Part shown: one piece after another, positions 12,800 to 26,200 of the stretch
Numbering within the stretch: the stretch's first letter is position 1
How the letters are laid out: the number at the start of each line of letters is the position of its first letter
Source: Squalus acanthias
Lineage: Eukaryota
Reading direction: 5' to 3'
Length of the DNA stretch: 64,000 nucleotides
Assembly: GCA_030390025.1 (NCBI GenBank)
Contig: CM059432.1
Coordinates: forward strand, 31,126,001 to 31,190,000
Position numbers and translations under genes: made by a program
The notes under the pieces: model-generated
Seen by the model: the letters and a program-made list of their open reading frames with translations, nothing else
What the model was told of the DNA's origin: nothing
The model's database searches: none

Positions 12800-14070
12800 A
12801 GCCACGATTTTACCTCCTACCACCCAGCAGAAACCAGGCCGGGGGGGGGGGGGGGGGGGGGGGGAGACTTGACCACTTCTTTCCCGCCTCGATCTGACCG
12901 ACTGCAAGTTTAAATTGCAGGCGGTAAGGAAACCGCCCTAAGCTGGCGGGGTCCTCCTTTAAAAGTGCAGATTGGGCTTGAGCGGGGGAAAGAGTGCGAT
13001 CACCCTGGAACCTCTACCTCACCACTTACCTGACTCGGGGGTCCTCGGCGACAGCATCACCGCCAGCAAGAGAAGTGATTCCTGCCGGGTTTGGACGCGA
13101 GTCGGTGCCTGAATATTTAAATGAAGCCCTAGAGTCAAAGGGCAGAATTTTCATTGACCCGTGGAGGCGGGTTTGGAGGCGTATGGGGTGGGAAAATAGC
13201 AGATTCGAGGGTGCCGAACCCATCCTGCCCCCAACCCGCCTCCATGCCAGTTTCACAGGAGGCGGGTACCCGACCTGTGCTGGGGCCCGCCTCCCCGAGG
13301 CGGGAAGGGGATTAGTGCCAATAAACTGCCTGTTAACAGGTAGTGAACAGGCAGTTTTTTGCCTAATCCCTATATTTAGTCCTGAAGTGTGGGCTTCCCG
13401 ACAGGTCCGAACCACGCTGATTTAGCGAGGCGGACCGTGGGTCTGCAGGGGTTGGAGGGGTCGATATGTCTGGTGGGCAGGTGAGTGATGGGTGCATGTG
13501 TGCAGAGGTAAGTGTGTAAGGTAAGTGTAAAGTGTGGAAAAAAGTTTTACTTACCTTAACTTCCTCCTGCAGGTGTCAGCCCTTCAGGTCTCGGGAGTCA
13601 GAAATCTCACTGGCACAGAAAGCAGAATGGCCGTTGAGCTGTCAAAAGCTGCAGCCTCTGCTTTTTGTTCTGCAGAGATCTCTAAATCAGCCTGAGAGGA
13701 AGGAATTAACTTAGAGGACAGATTGTCAGTGTTTGACAGCTTCAAGGAGCTGTCAAACGCTGATATTTCATCTGTCAAAAGCTCTTGACAGATGAAATGT
13801 CAATCTGTGACGTCACCTGTTGCCGGGTGGCCATTAATTGGCCTGCTGAGCCCGCTGGGCGGGCTCAACAAGGTCAATCAAGGGAAAATCGAGTGGGTTG
13901 GCCACAACTCGATGGAGGCGGGACTACAACCCCAAAAGTGGGAGTCCTGCCTCCTGCTCGCCTCCATTGATAAAATCCAGCCCAAAATGTCTCGGGCCTT
14001 GGCATGCTAGTTTGTCGCTCGCCCAGGCTCCTCACACCAACCAATCCCGACACAACGTAAAATTAAGGCC
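12800..14070. mobile_element. Harbinger-type MITE (outer) containing a nested MITE
   Basis: Imperfect TIRs agccacgattttac / gtaaaattaaggcc. Confidence 0.6.
13140..13983. mobile_element. Harbinger-type MITE (family A), nested
   Basis: TIRs gggcagaattttca / tgataaaatccagccc with AAA TSD; right end is the reverse complement of the left end of 2375-3218. Confidence 0.75.
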
Positions 14071-14146
14071 TAAGTAATAATATATGGTCAAGAGCTTTAT
14101 CAAAAACGGCTTCAGGAAAAAGTCTGTTTTTTACATTTTGTTTCAG

Positions 14147-14253
14147 AGGAAATACCAGCTCCACTACAAGATCGCCCTGATCATCAACTATCTGGGCCAC
14201 TGTATCTCCGTTGGAGCCCTCATCGTGGCCTTTATACTCTTCCTGTGCTTGAG
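14147..14253 (+). CDS. crhr2: crhr2 TM1 exon (107 nt, phase 0 to 2)
   Basis: ttttgtttcag|AGGAAATAC...TGCTTGAG|gtatgc; encodes [35 protein letters not shown](R). Confidence 0.96.
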
Positions 14254-17200
14254 GTATGCAACCTTCACTGTGGAACTGACATTGCTTTATTAAATAACCA
14301 ACAACAAGGTATGTTAGAATGTTCACAATTGACCACCTAACCTGACCTCATTGACTGACGACATGATTGGAATATAGAACAGGAGTAGGCTAATTCATCT
14401 CATCCAACTTGCCCTGCATTTTGTTAGCGTCCACAACTTATCCCAATTCCCGACACCTCTTTTTTTTAAATACTCTTCCTAAGTAATTATTCACCTCCCC
14501 TCTAAACAGCTCAATTAATTCTGTATCTATAGCCTTTGTGTGAAGATTTTCTTCTGGATTTGTCTTTAACCAACTTAGTTGAAAATGCGTCTTTGTCCCT
14601 GTATTCTGCATTCCTCTACTAGAGAGAAGAGTCATTCCCTACTGAACTTGTATATTAATTAATTCTGCATTTATATCCTTCTGGACACAATGAGCCGAAT
14701 GACCTCCCTCTGTGCTGGAAGATTCTATAAGCCTCATCCTCGATGATTTACAGTACACAATCATCGCTCCATTCATGCGTTTCCTCTTCTTGAGGGCAGT
14801 AAGCTTCTCTACAGATGAGATCTGACTTTTTAATTTTTTTATTCAGTTACCAGCTGCATTCGTACAGCAAAGTAAATCAGAGAGTCCAACAAGAGAGACA
14901 CCGAGCTGGTACAATGTGGTAACTACACAGCAGGGCAAAGAAATGTGATTTAATTTCATGCACATAGATCTTCAATATCTGTATCTCAAAGCTAACTGAA
15001 ATGGCTTCTTCTCCTATATTTACCGCTATCCATTCATTTGACATGCAATTACAGTCCACACCACTTACACCCTCCTTGCATATCCTGGGCAGCCGCCTAT
15101 ATCGGGCAAATGGCGCTGACTATTTGTCATCACCATAGGCATCAATTACAAAGGCACCGCTTAAAACATATTAAGCGCGCCAGCTATTTTGTGCAGTTCT
15201 GTACTTACTGATTTTGTAAAAGTCAATTTTTTTTATGGTTCCATCCAATCAACATCTCACATTGCAACATTATCAGAGCCACAGAGACACAAGCAGAACC
15301 AAGATATTGTAGCAGAGATTGACCTGATCTTATGTTAAACGCACCAGCTGATTGAAGCTGCTCGAAGTCTCCACTGCCTCCCGTAGTTGTTAACTATGCG
15401 AACAGTTGATGGGACTTTGGGCAGCTTCAGTCCGCTGTTCCTACTGTTAAGGGAGGCAGTCCGAGAGTGCCACTTTCAGTCACCTCCCCCCGTGGCCTCT
15501 AGAACTCCTCCTGACTCATTTGACATGCCCTCCCTCCATCTCGGGTACGGTAGCATAGTGGTTATGTTATTGGTAACAGCAAGCCAGAGGCCTGGGTGAA
15601 TGAGCTGGGGAACATGAGTTCAAATCCCACCATGGCAGCTGTGGAATTTCAATTAATTAAATTTAAAAAAAAATCTGGAATAGAAAGCTAGTATTAGTAA
15701 TGGTGACCATTAAACTACCAGATTGTTGTAAAAATCCATCTGGTTCACTAATGTCCTTTAGGGAAGGAAATCTGCCGCCCTTACCCGGTCTGGCCTATAT
15801 GTGACTCTAGACCCACAGCAACGTGGTTGACTCTTAACTGCCCTCTGAAATGGCCTAGCAAGCCACTCAGTTGTATAAGGCGGCTCATCACCACCTTCTC
15901 AAGGGCAATTAGGGATGGGCAATAAATGCTGGCCTTGCCAGCGACGCCCACATCCCATGAACGAATAACTTTTTTTAAAAAGCCACTGGAGAGAGGAGAT
16001 TGTCATCCCGTCTGTCTGAGCGGAGCTTGAATTCGGAGCCCACAGGCGAACAACCAAGGTTGATTTAACCCACTGCGCCGCCCACTCTCCCAACACTCGA
16101 TATTTAAAGCTGACAGTCATTGGGTTTTGCTGAAAGGGAATGGTTGATCTGGTGAAAACAGGCTGATGCCTTTTCTGCCCAAAAAATCTGACTTATCCAT
16201 CTAGAGCAGAAGATTAGAAAATGGAAAATGGCCTTTGAACTCAACAAGCCCGCCCCTTTGTGAGAGCTCAACTTCACCAGTGTGGCCTCTCACCATATCC
16301 ATCAATTTTATCTCTCTTCAGAAATGCCTTTAATTGTCTCGTAAACCATTTTATATTGTCCATTTCAATAACCATGCCTAGCCTTTACACCGTGGGTTCA
16401 AGGAAACCTGCACTGTTTTAATTGCTCCTTCTTTCTTTGTGTTGGCTGCCACAGGAGCATCAGATGCCTTCGAAATATCATTCATTGGAACCTGATAACC
16501 ACTTTCATACTGAGGAACGCCATGTGGTTCCTGCTGCAAATGATCGACCATCAGATACACGAGAACAATGAGGTAAGCTCTCGCAATAGAATAGAGCCAG
16601 TCATTGGCTTAAGTTGGTAAGTGCCTGACTAATGTGTAACTGGGCATTACAGACCAGGAAGATCATACATTCCATCACTGCTCTTTACCGAGTTAGCAGC
16701 TCTCAGCAGGGGTCAGCAGTAGAAGTGCCACAATTGGCCTCGTCACTGGGTTAGGAAAGGGAAAAGACAACCATCCAGGATTCCTGCCCTGATCGCTATG
16801 CACTGACCTGTGTTAGAAAATATGTTTGGATGATAACGGGTTTGGGCTCGTCTGCATGCCCTCTGTGATTAAATAAATTGCCAACACTAACTGTTTAGTC
16901 TAATTTTTTGTGACATACTGGGTAAGTTGGATAAATATTTGAAGCAAAGACAGATACAGGGCTATGGAGGGAGAATAGGGCAATGGGATCAGTTATGGAT
17001 TGCTCTAGCACACATATGATGGCTGAATGGCTTTCTTCTGTGGTTCTATGGTTACAACCGTGAGTACACTTCAAAATCGAAAGTACTTCTTTGGCTGAAA
17101 AGTGTTTTAGGATGTCTTTAAGTTATGAAAGGTGCCACATAAATAAGTACAAAAGCAAAATACTGCGGATGCTGGAAATCTGAAATAAAAACAGAAAATA

Positions 17201-20200
17201 CCAGAAATACTCAGCAGGTCAGGCAGCATCTGTGGAGAGAGAACTCTCCACAGATGCTGCTTGACCTGCTGAGTATTTACAGCATTTTCTGTTTTTATTT
17301 TAATTTTATATTATATAAAGGTAAGTCTTTCTATGATTAACCAGTATAAAAAGGGAAGATAACACCAAATGACTCAGTAACTTCAGGGAAGGAGTGGGAG
17401 TCACTGGAGGGGAAAAAATAATTGAATGATTTACAGATCTCACAAATGCCAACATAAGTGGTGAGATGGAGCTGTGGAATGGTGAGACACAGATTCACTC
17501 TGCAGCACTCCGCGGAATTCTTTATTTCACCCATGCTTGTCTGGAGAGATGTCACATACATCCCAATGTGAACAGAGAAAAGTGGAGGCAAAGTTATCAT
17601 CACACCACTCTTTTACACCTCATAAGATTAGTTCTGATGAAGAAGGATCTTAACTTCATTTGAGCTCATCTTCCAAGAGTACCAACCCCACTCTTTTCCC
17701 ATTACAGCTTCAACGATAACCTGAACCAGCAGGTAAAACCCCGATATAATGTCACATCTGACAGTGCAGTACTCAGTTAGTACTGCACCAGAGTGTACCA
17801 CAGATTAGACACTCAAATCCTGGTGTGGGGCCTAAACTTTCTGACCCAGAGATAATAGCCGTATCAATGAGCCAATTTGACCTGATGACCATAGCAACAT
17901 TATTGTAGACCTTGGAGTGGATCATTTTTCCCTCATCAGCACAAAACAAAACAATAGGACAGATGTTGTGAGGCTCTGGGGCCACCACGGAGCTTCAGGA
18001 GGTGTGAGCTTTAGCTCAAGGTAGCACTCTCGCCTCTGCGTCAGATGGTTGTGGGTTTAAGGCCCACTCCAGAGACTTGAGCATATAGGGGGCCATTTAT
18101 ACCAGAACAAAACGGGTGGGTTTGAAGCATGGGGGTAGTTAAATTGTTAAAAATCGGAATTCCCGACCTGAGGCAACCTCCAACCCGCCCACTTCCAGTT
18201 TTAATGGAGGCGGATAGAACAGGGGCGGGCGGGCAGCCAACCCGCTCCCAGGAGGCGGGATGTCAATTTCAATATTATAATGAGGCTGGAAGCCTCTTCT
18301 TTAACCTCCTTTTTGTGTTTAACTGCATCTGGTCAGGTTTTACACACTTCGTAAAACCCGGCAGTTACAGCAAGGCAGGGACTGCTGCATCCAGGAGATA
18401 AGTGTCTTTACACTTACCTCCTGGATCCAGGGTCCCTACCTAACACACGCCCCGTGATCGGAGACCCTCCCTCACGAGGCCTCCGATCACCTTCCCGGAT
18501 CCCGCCCCCCCCCCCCCCCTCACAACCGATGATCTTGAGGCCGGTCCGATGTTCCGGTGGCTGGCCCCGATCTCTTGCCTCCCCACTCCAGTCTCTCGAC
18601 GGCCCCGATCTCTTGCCTCCCGCCCTCGATCCTCTGGAGGCCCCGATCTCTTGCTTCCCTCCCCCGGTTCCTCGACTGCCATGATCTTGTGCCTCTTCCC
18701 CCCAACCCCGCCCCCCCCCCCCCACCCCCCCACCGCCCCCCTGATCCTTCGGAGGCTGGCACCATGAAACATTGTGATTTTTTTTTCAATCTTCATTTGA
18801 ACAGAATAACTGTCACTTCGTGTAAGTATCTGACAGTGATATAGTACATATTTAAAACGATCATCTTTTGAATCTGATTTTCTTTTTAAAGCTCTGACTA
18901 TATTTCCCTGTAGATGCCATTCACTGCAACACAATCACCGATCCCTCCCTCCCTCCTCTGTGTGGCCTAGTGCTGCAGGCCTACCAGCCCGCAGCCAGCC
19001 AGCCTCTCCATCTGGCTGGCTGCGGCCGGGAAACAGAGGCTTCAGATGCAAATCAACCCCTGCCGTTAAAGTCGGCAGGACCTGCAGGAAACCCGTCCTC
19101 CCAGGTTTCCCGCCCGCATCTGAGCCCCCCTGCCCCCAACCCGCCTTCCCCATGAAAATCCAGCCCAGAATCTCTGCTGACACTTCAGTGCAGTACCGAG
19201 GGAGTGTTGCACTGTGTAAGCTGCCATCTTTTGAATGAGAGTTTAAACAATGTCTCTGCCTTCTTTGGTGAACATAAAAGAACCTATGGCACTATTCAGA
19301 GAAGAGCAGGAGAGTTCTCCCAGTGTCCTGGCCAACATTTAATGTCTGAAATAATACCAATAAAAACAGATCATCTGGTCATTTATCACCTTGCTATTTA
19401 TGGGACCTTGTTGTGCACAAATGATCTGCCACGTTTCCTACATTACAATGGTGACTATGCTTCAGAACTGCATCATTGGCTGTAATGCGCTTTGTAATTT
19501 CATGAGGTCATGAGACACTATATAAATGCAAGTTTTTTCTTATGCAAGGTACTTCCTACTTAGATGCAAGAGCAGGTTGCATACTCAGGATTACAAAATA
19601 ATAATTAACTATGACGCACTTTGCAATGTCCTGGGGATGTGAAAGATGCTACATAAACTCAAGTTCTTCTTTACAATTATATAATTTTGAGGAGCCTCCT
19701 ATCCTCCCTTAATCTCTCCCTCCATGTAAACACCCCAACCCATATTAACGGCCACCCCCTCGACCTTGCCATCTCTCGTGGCCTCGCTACTCCCATCGTG
19801 TCAATCGCAGATAAGGCCATCTCTGACCACTTCCTCATATCGCTCTCTACCCACATCCCCCTTCCACGCCTCCCCCAACCCTACTTCCTTCTGTGTCCAC
19901 CCCTGGAAAAAACTGTCTCCAAACTCTCTTACAACTGCACTTATGAAACCCCACTGTTCAACATTTGGCCCTTCATCCACCATGACCTTTCTGCAGCTAC
20001 CGATCTGCTCAACCACACCCTCACCATTACCTTTGATGCCCTAGTCCCTATTAAAACAATTGCTCTCCCTCACCCTGGCCATTCCCCCTGGTATGGCCCT
20101 CATCTTCGCTCCCTTAAGTCCAAGGGATGCAGACTTGAACTGATGTGGTGGGCAACTGGTTTAGCCATTCACCGGCCAGATCTGCAGGACCACATAAAGC

Positions 20201-23200
20201 ATTATCGGGTCCTGCTCTCATCTGCCAAAATTTCTCACTATTCCAGAATCATTCTGGAATGCAAAGATAAACCCCAGCTTCTATTCTCCACTGCTAACCA
20301 TCTTCTTAAGCCCCTCTCTCCTGTCTCCTCCACCCTGACCTCCGACAACAAGTGTAAGGAGCTCATGGACTTCTTTGTCTCTAAGATTGAGACCATCCGT
20401 TCAGCTGCCTGTGGCACTTCCCTTCCTTCCCCTAGCCCACAGGGCCAAACTTCCTCTAATGTTCCCCCCTGCCCTAGTCCTGAACTCACATCTTTCTCCA
20501 GTTTCTCTCTGATCTCCCTTCATGAGCTCTCCGTGCTCATCTTGTCCATGAGACTCAATTCCTGCACCCTCGACCCTATTCCCACCAAACTGCTGACTCC
20601 CTAACTTCCTTTTCTGGCTGCCATGTTAGCTGACATTGTTAATGGTTCTCTCTCCTCAAGTACTGTCCCCCTCTCCCTCAAATCTGCCGTCATCACCCCT
20701 CTCAAAAAACCAACCCTTGACTCCACCGTCCTTGCAAACTACCGCCCCATCTCCACCCTCCCTTTCCTCTCCAAAGTTCTTGAACGCGTTATCGCCTCCC
20801 AAATCCGTGCCCATCTTTCCCGCAACTCCATGTTTGAATCTCTCCAATCAGGTTTCCACCCCTGCCACAGTTCCAAAACAGCTCTCATCAAAGTCACGAA
20901 TGACATCCTTTGTGACTGTGGCAAAGGTAAACTATCCCTCCTCGTCCTTCTTGACCTGTCTGCAGCCTTTGGCACAGTTGACCACTCCATCCTTCGCCAA
21001 CGCCTCTCCACCGTCGTCCAGCTGAGTGGGACTGCTCTCACCTGGTTCCATTCTTATCTATCTAATCATAGCCAGAGAATCACCTGCAACGGATTCTCTT
21101 CCCGCTCCCGCATCGTTACGTCTGGTGTCCCCCAAGGATCTGTACTTGGCCCCCTCCTATTTCTCATCTGCATGCTGCCCCTTGGCGACATCATTCGAAA
21201 ACACAGCGTCAGTTTCCACATGTACGCTGATGACACCCAGCTCTACCTCACTACTACTTCTCTCGACTCCTCCATGGTCTCTAAATTGTCAGACTGCTTG
21301 TCCGATATCCAGTTCTGGATGAGCAGAAATTTTCTCCAATTAAATATTGGGAAGACCGAAGCCATTGTTTTTGGTCCCCGCCACAATCTCTGTTCCCTAG
21401 CCACTGACTCCATCCCTTTCCTTAACATCTGTCTGAGGCTGAATCACACTGTTCGCAACCTTGGTGTCATATTGGACTCTGAAATGAGCTTCTGACCACA
21501 TATCCGCAGCATAACTAAGACCGCCTATCTCCACCTTCGCAACATCGCCCGTCACCGCCTCAGTTCATCCTCAGCTCATCCATGCCTTTGTTACCGCTAG
21601 ACTTGACTATTCCAACGCACTCCTGGCTGGCCTCCCACATTCTACCCTACGTAAACTTGAGGTCATCCAAAACTTGGCTGCCTGTGTCCTAACTCGCACC
21701 AAGTCCCGTTCACCCATCACCCCTGTGCTTGATGACCTGCATTGGCTCCCTGTTAAGCAACGCCTCAATTTCAAAATTCTCATCCTTGTTTTCAAATCCC
21801 TCCATGTCATCGCCCCTCCCTATCTCTGTAATCTCCTCCAGCCCCATAACCCCCTGAGATATCTGTGCTCCTTTAATTCTGCCCTCTTGAGCATCCCTGA
21901 TTATAATCGCTCAACCATTGGTGGCCGTGCCCTCTGTTGCCAAGGCCCTAAGCTCTGGAATTCCCTGCCTAAACCTCTCCGCCTCACTACCTCTCTTTCC
22001 TCCTTTAAGACACTCCTTAAAACCTACCTCTTTGACCAAGCTTTTGGTCACCTGCCCTAATTTCTCCTTAAGTGGCTCGGTGTCAAATTTTTTGTCTTAT
22101 AATACTCCTGTGAAGCGCCTTGGGATGTTTTGCTACGTTAAAGGCGCTATATAAATACAAGGTGGTGTGGTTGTTGTTGATTAAAGCTATGAGGGGTTTT
22201 GATAGAGTAAATAAGGAGACACTGTCTCTACTGGCAGAGGGTCGGTAACTTGAGATCACAGAGAACCAGAGGGGAGATGAGGATTATTTTTTTTACACAG
22301 CGAGTTGCTATGATCTGGAATGCAATGCCAGAACAGGCGGTGGAAGCAGATTCAATAGTAAGTTTTAAAAGGGAATTGGATATATACTTGAAATGGAAAC
22401 ATTTGCAGAACTATGTGAAAAGAGCAGGGAGTGAGACTAATTGGATAGCTATTTCAAAGAGCTGGCATTGACACAATGGGCCGAATGGCCTCCTTCTGTA
22501 CTGTATGATTCTATGATCCCTATCTGCAACCAACACTCCATCAAGGCTCTGCACTGGCAGGAGAGGCTTGAAATTTGTTCCATGTCTAAAGACTAAACTA
22601 AGTTCTCATCAAAACAGTTCAATGAAGGGGACATAGCAACCACAATGTTAGAGTTAGAGTCGTAACTAGGAGATTGGATCCCTTCCTCCCCCTCCAGGAT
22701 CAAATCCTAGTCTCTGTAATATTTCCAATGTGGATTCTTGGAGGTCATGGGAAAGGGTACGGAGAGATTTCTACTGGTCTAAACAAGGTCATCCAAGGAT
22801 AAGAGAAAACAATAAGCTACCCATTCTTGTTAAAGAAGAACAATCTCCACTTACCCAAACACATTTAATATTTAATGAGTTATTTTGTTTTGTTCGTAAT
22901 ATTATAGTTGTTATATTTACAGGGCTCAAAGGGATTCAGTAGTACAGAGGGTCAGGAAATTGTCCTCTCACTCTGGGACCTCAGTTTGAACTGACCACAC
23001 AATGATGGAAGTAAAATCCCTTCTCTGTTGGCTAGAAGGGGCTCAGTGAAATGAGTTTCTACACTGCCAACAAATTTTCTATTGGACCTGCGATAAAGAA
23101 ACTCCTTATAATTTAATTGAAAATGGCATTAAGCTCCTAGGTTTTACTCAAAACAGGCCTGGTCTCTTTTCTCATGAAAAGAGAAGGCTGAGGGGTGACC

Positions 23201-26200
23201 TAAAAGAGGTCTTTAAAATTAAGAAAGGTTTGGATAGAGTGGATACAGAGAGAGTGTTTCCACTCGTGAGGAAGAGCAAAGTTAGAGGATATCAATATAA
23301 GATAGTCACCAACAAATTAAATAGGGAATTCAGAAGGGACGTCTTTGCCCAGAGACTGGTGAGAATGTGGAACATTGCTACCACAAGGAGTAGTTGAGGT
23401 GAATTGTAGATGCATTTAAGGGGAAGCTGGAAAAGCATATGAGGGAGAAGAGAACGGAGGGTTTTGCTGACAAAGTTAGATTAGGAAGGATGGGAGGAGG
23501 CTCGAGTGGAGCATAAACGCCGGCATAGATGGGTTGGTCTGAATAAGAAATAAGAATTAGGAGCAGGAGTAGGCCATACAGCCCCTTGAGCCTGCTCCGC
23601 CATTCAATAAGATCATGCTGATCATCCACCTCAACTCCACTTTCCCACCCGATCTCCATATCCCTTGATTCCCCTAAAGTCCAAAAATCTATCTATCTCC
23701 CATTCTTTTTGATTTTCCCAGCAGTCCCACCTCCAAACCCGCCTCCTCAGGGCTGGTAAAATCCAGCCCTTTGTGTTCTCCTCACAGCTTACTGTCCCAC
23801 CTAGCTTTGTATCATCAGCAAACTTGGATACATTACACTCGGTCCCTTCATCTAGGTCATTAATATAGATTGTAAATAGCTGAGGCCCCAGCAGTGATCC
23901 TTGCGGCACTCCACTAGATACAGCCAGTCCACCTGAAAAAGACCCATTTATCCCTACTCTCTGTTTTCTGTCCATTAACCAATCCTCTACCCGTGCTATT
24001 ATATTACCCCCAACCCCATGAGCCCTTATCTTGTGTATTAACCTTTTATGTGGCACCTTATTGAATGCCTTTTGGAAATTCAAATATAGTACATCCACTG
24101 GTTCCCCTTAATCTACCCTGCTAGTTACATCCTCAAAAAACTCTAATAAATTAATCACGATTTCCCTTTCATAAAACCATGTTGACTCTGCCTAATCATA
24201 TTATGATTTTCTAAGTGCCCTGATTCCACTTCCTTAACAATGGATTGCAGCATTTTCCCTGCTACTGATGTCAGGCTAACTGGCCGGTAGTTCCCTGTTT
24301 TCTCTCTCCCTCCTTTCTTGAATAGCGGGGTTACATTTGCTACCTTTCAATCCGCTGGGACCATTCTAGAATCTATGGAATTTTGGAAGATCAAAACCAA
24401 TGCATCCATTATTTCTTCAGCCATCATTCTTTTAGAACCCTAGGATGTAGGCCATCAGGTCCAGGGGATTTATCGGCTTTTAGTCCCATTAGTTTCTCTA
24501 GTACTTTTCTCTACTTATATTAAATATGTTAAGTTCCTCACCCTCATCAGACCTTTGGTTCCCCACCATTTTTGGTATGCTTTTTGTGTTTTCTACTGTG
24601 AAGACAGATATAAAATATTTGTTTAATGTTTCTGCCATTTCCTTATCCCCCATAATAATTTCTCCTGTCTCAGCCTCTAAGGGACCAACGTTTACATTTG
24701 CTACTCTCTTCCTTTTTACATACTTGTAGAAGCTCTTACAATCTGTTTTTATATTTCTTGTTAGTTTTCTCTCATTCTAATATTTCCCTTTTTATCAAAA
24801 TTCTGGTCATCCTTTGCTGGTTTCTGAAAATCTCCTAATCCTCAGGTTTACTATTATTCTTCGCAACATTATAAGCTTCTTCTTTCAATCTAATGCTATC
24901 CTTAACTTCTTTAGTTAGCCACGGATGGATCACTTTTCCTGTGGAGTTTTTGTTTCTCAGTGGAATATATTTTTGTTGAGAATTATGAAATATTTCTTTA
25001 AATGTTAGCCACTGCTTATCTACCGCCATACTTTTAAATCTATTTTTCCAATCTACCTTAGCCAACTCACCCCTCATACCTATGTAATTGGTTTTATTTA
25101 AGTTTAAAACTCTAGTTTCGGATTTAGGCAAGTCACTCTCAAATTTAACGTGAAATTCTAACATATTATGATCACTCTGCCCCAGAGGATCCTTTACTAT
25201 GAGATTGCTAATTAACCCTGTCTCATTACACAATATAAGATCTAAAATAGCCTGTTCCCTGATTGGTTCCATGTCATATTGTTCCAGGAAACTGTCCTGA
25301 ATGCATTCCATGAACTCATCCTCCAGACTACCTTTGCCAATTTGATTTGTCCAGTCTGTATGAAGATTAAAGTCCCCCACAATTATTGCATTACCTTTGT
25401 TACAAGCTCCTACTATTTCTTGATTAATATTCTGTCCACCTGTACAGCTACTGTTAGGGGGCCTATATACTACTCCCACCAGTGTTTTCTACCCCCTTAT
25501 TATTCCTTATTTCCACCCATACTGATTCCACTTCCTGATCTTTCGAGCCGCGATCCTTTCTCTCTACTGTCCTGATGCCATCCAGACTACCTTTGCCAAT
25601 TTGATTTGCAAGTCTGTATGCAGATTAAAGTCCCACACGATTACTGCATTACCTTTGTTACAAGCTCCTATTATTTCTTGATTAATACTCTTTCCAATTG
25701 TATAACTACTGTTAGGGGACATAGCAACTGCTCCCACCAGTGCTTTCTGCACTTTGTTATTTCTTATCTCCACCCATACTGATTCTACTTCCTGATCTTC
25801 TAAGCCAAGATCCTTTCTCACTACTGTCCTTATGTCATCCTTTATTGTCAGGGCCACCCCACCCCCCCCCCCCCAACTTTTCCATTCTGCCTGTCTTTTC
25901 GAAACGTCAAGTACCCTGGAACATTTAGATCCCAACCTTGATCACCTTGCAACCACGTCTCTGTAATGGCTAATAGATCAAACCCATTTATCTCTATTTG
26001 TGCCACTAATTCATCTATCTTGTTACGAATGCGTCGTGCAGTCAGATAAAGAGCCTTTAATTTAATTTTTTTACCATTATCCCCTGCTTTGACCTTATTC
26101 TCTGTTGCACTGCTACCGTTAAACTCTCTGGGGGAGAAATTCAGTATCGCCCCATTTGGGGCGCAATTATCGGCCGGGCGCAAAGATTAGCGCCTGGCGC

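Noticed and set aside
1..14146. crhr2 extracellular-domain exon (RECxxNGTW...NYSxC)
   Set aside because: Searched by eye and not found; probably upstream of the window, though a diverged exon could have been missed.
15543..15632. tRNA genes
   Set aside because: A and B boxes belong to SINE heads that continue into SINE bodies; no convincing cloverleaf.
19687..22060. Active or domesticated reverse transcriptase gene
   Set aside because: 5'-truncated L2 ORF2 with stops and frameshifts.
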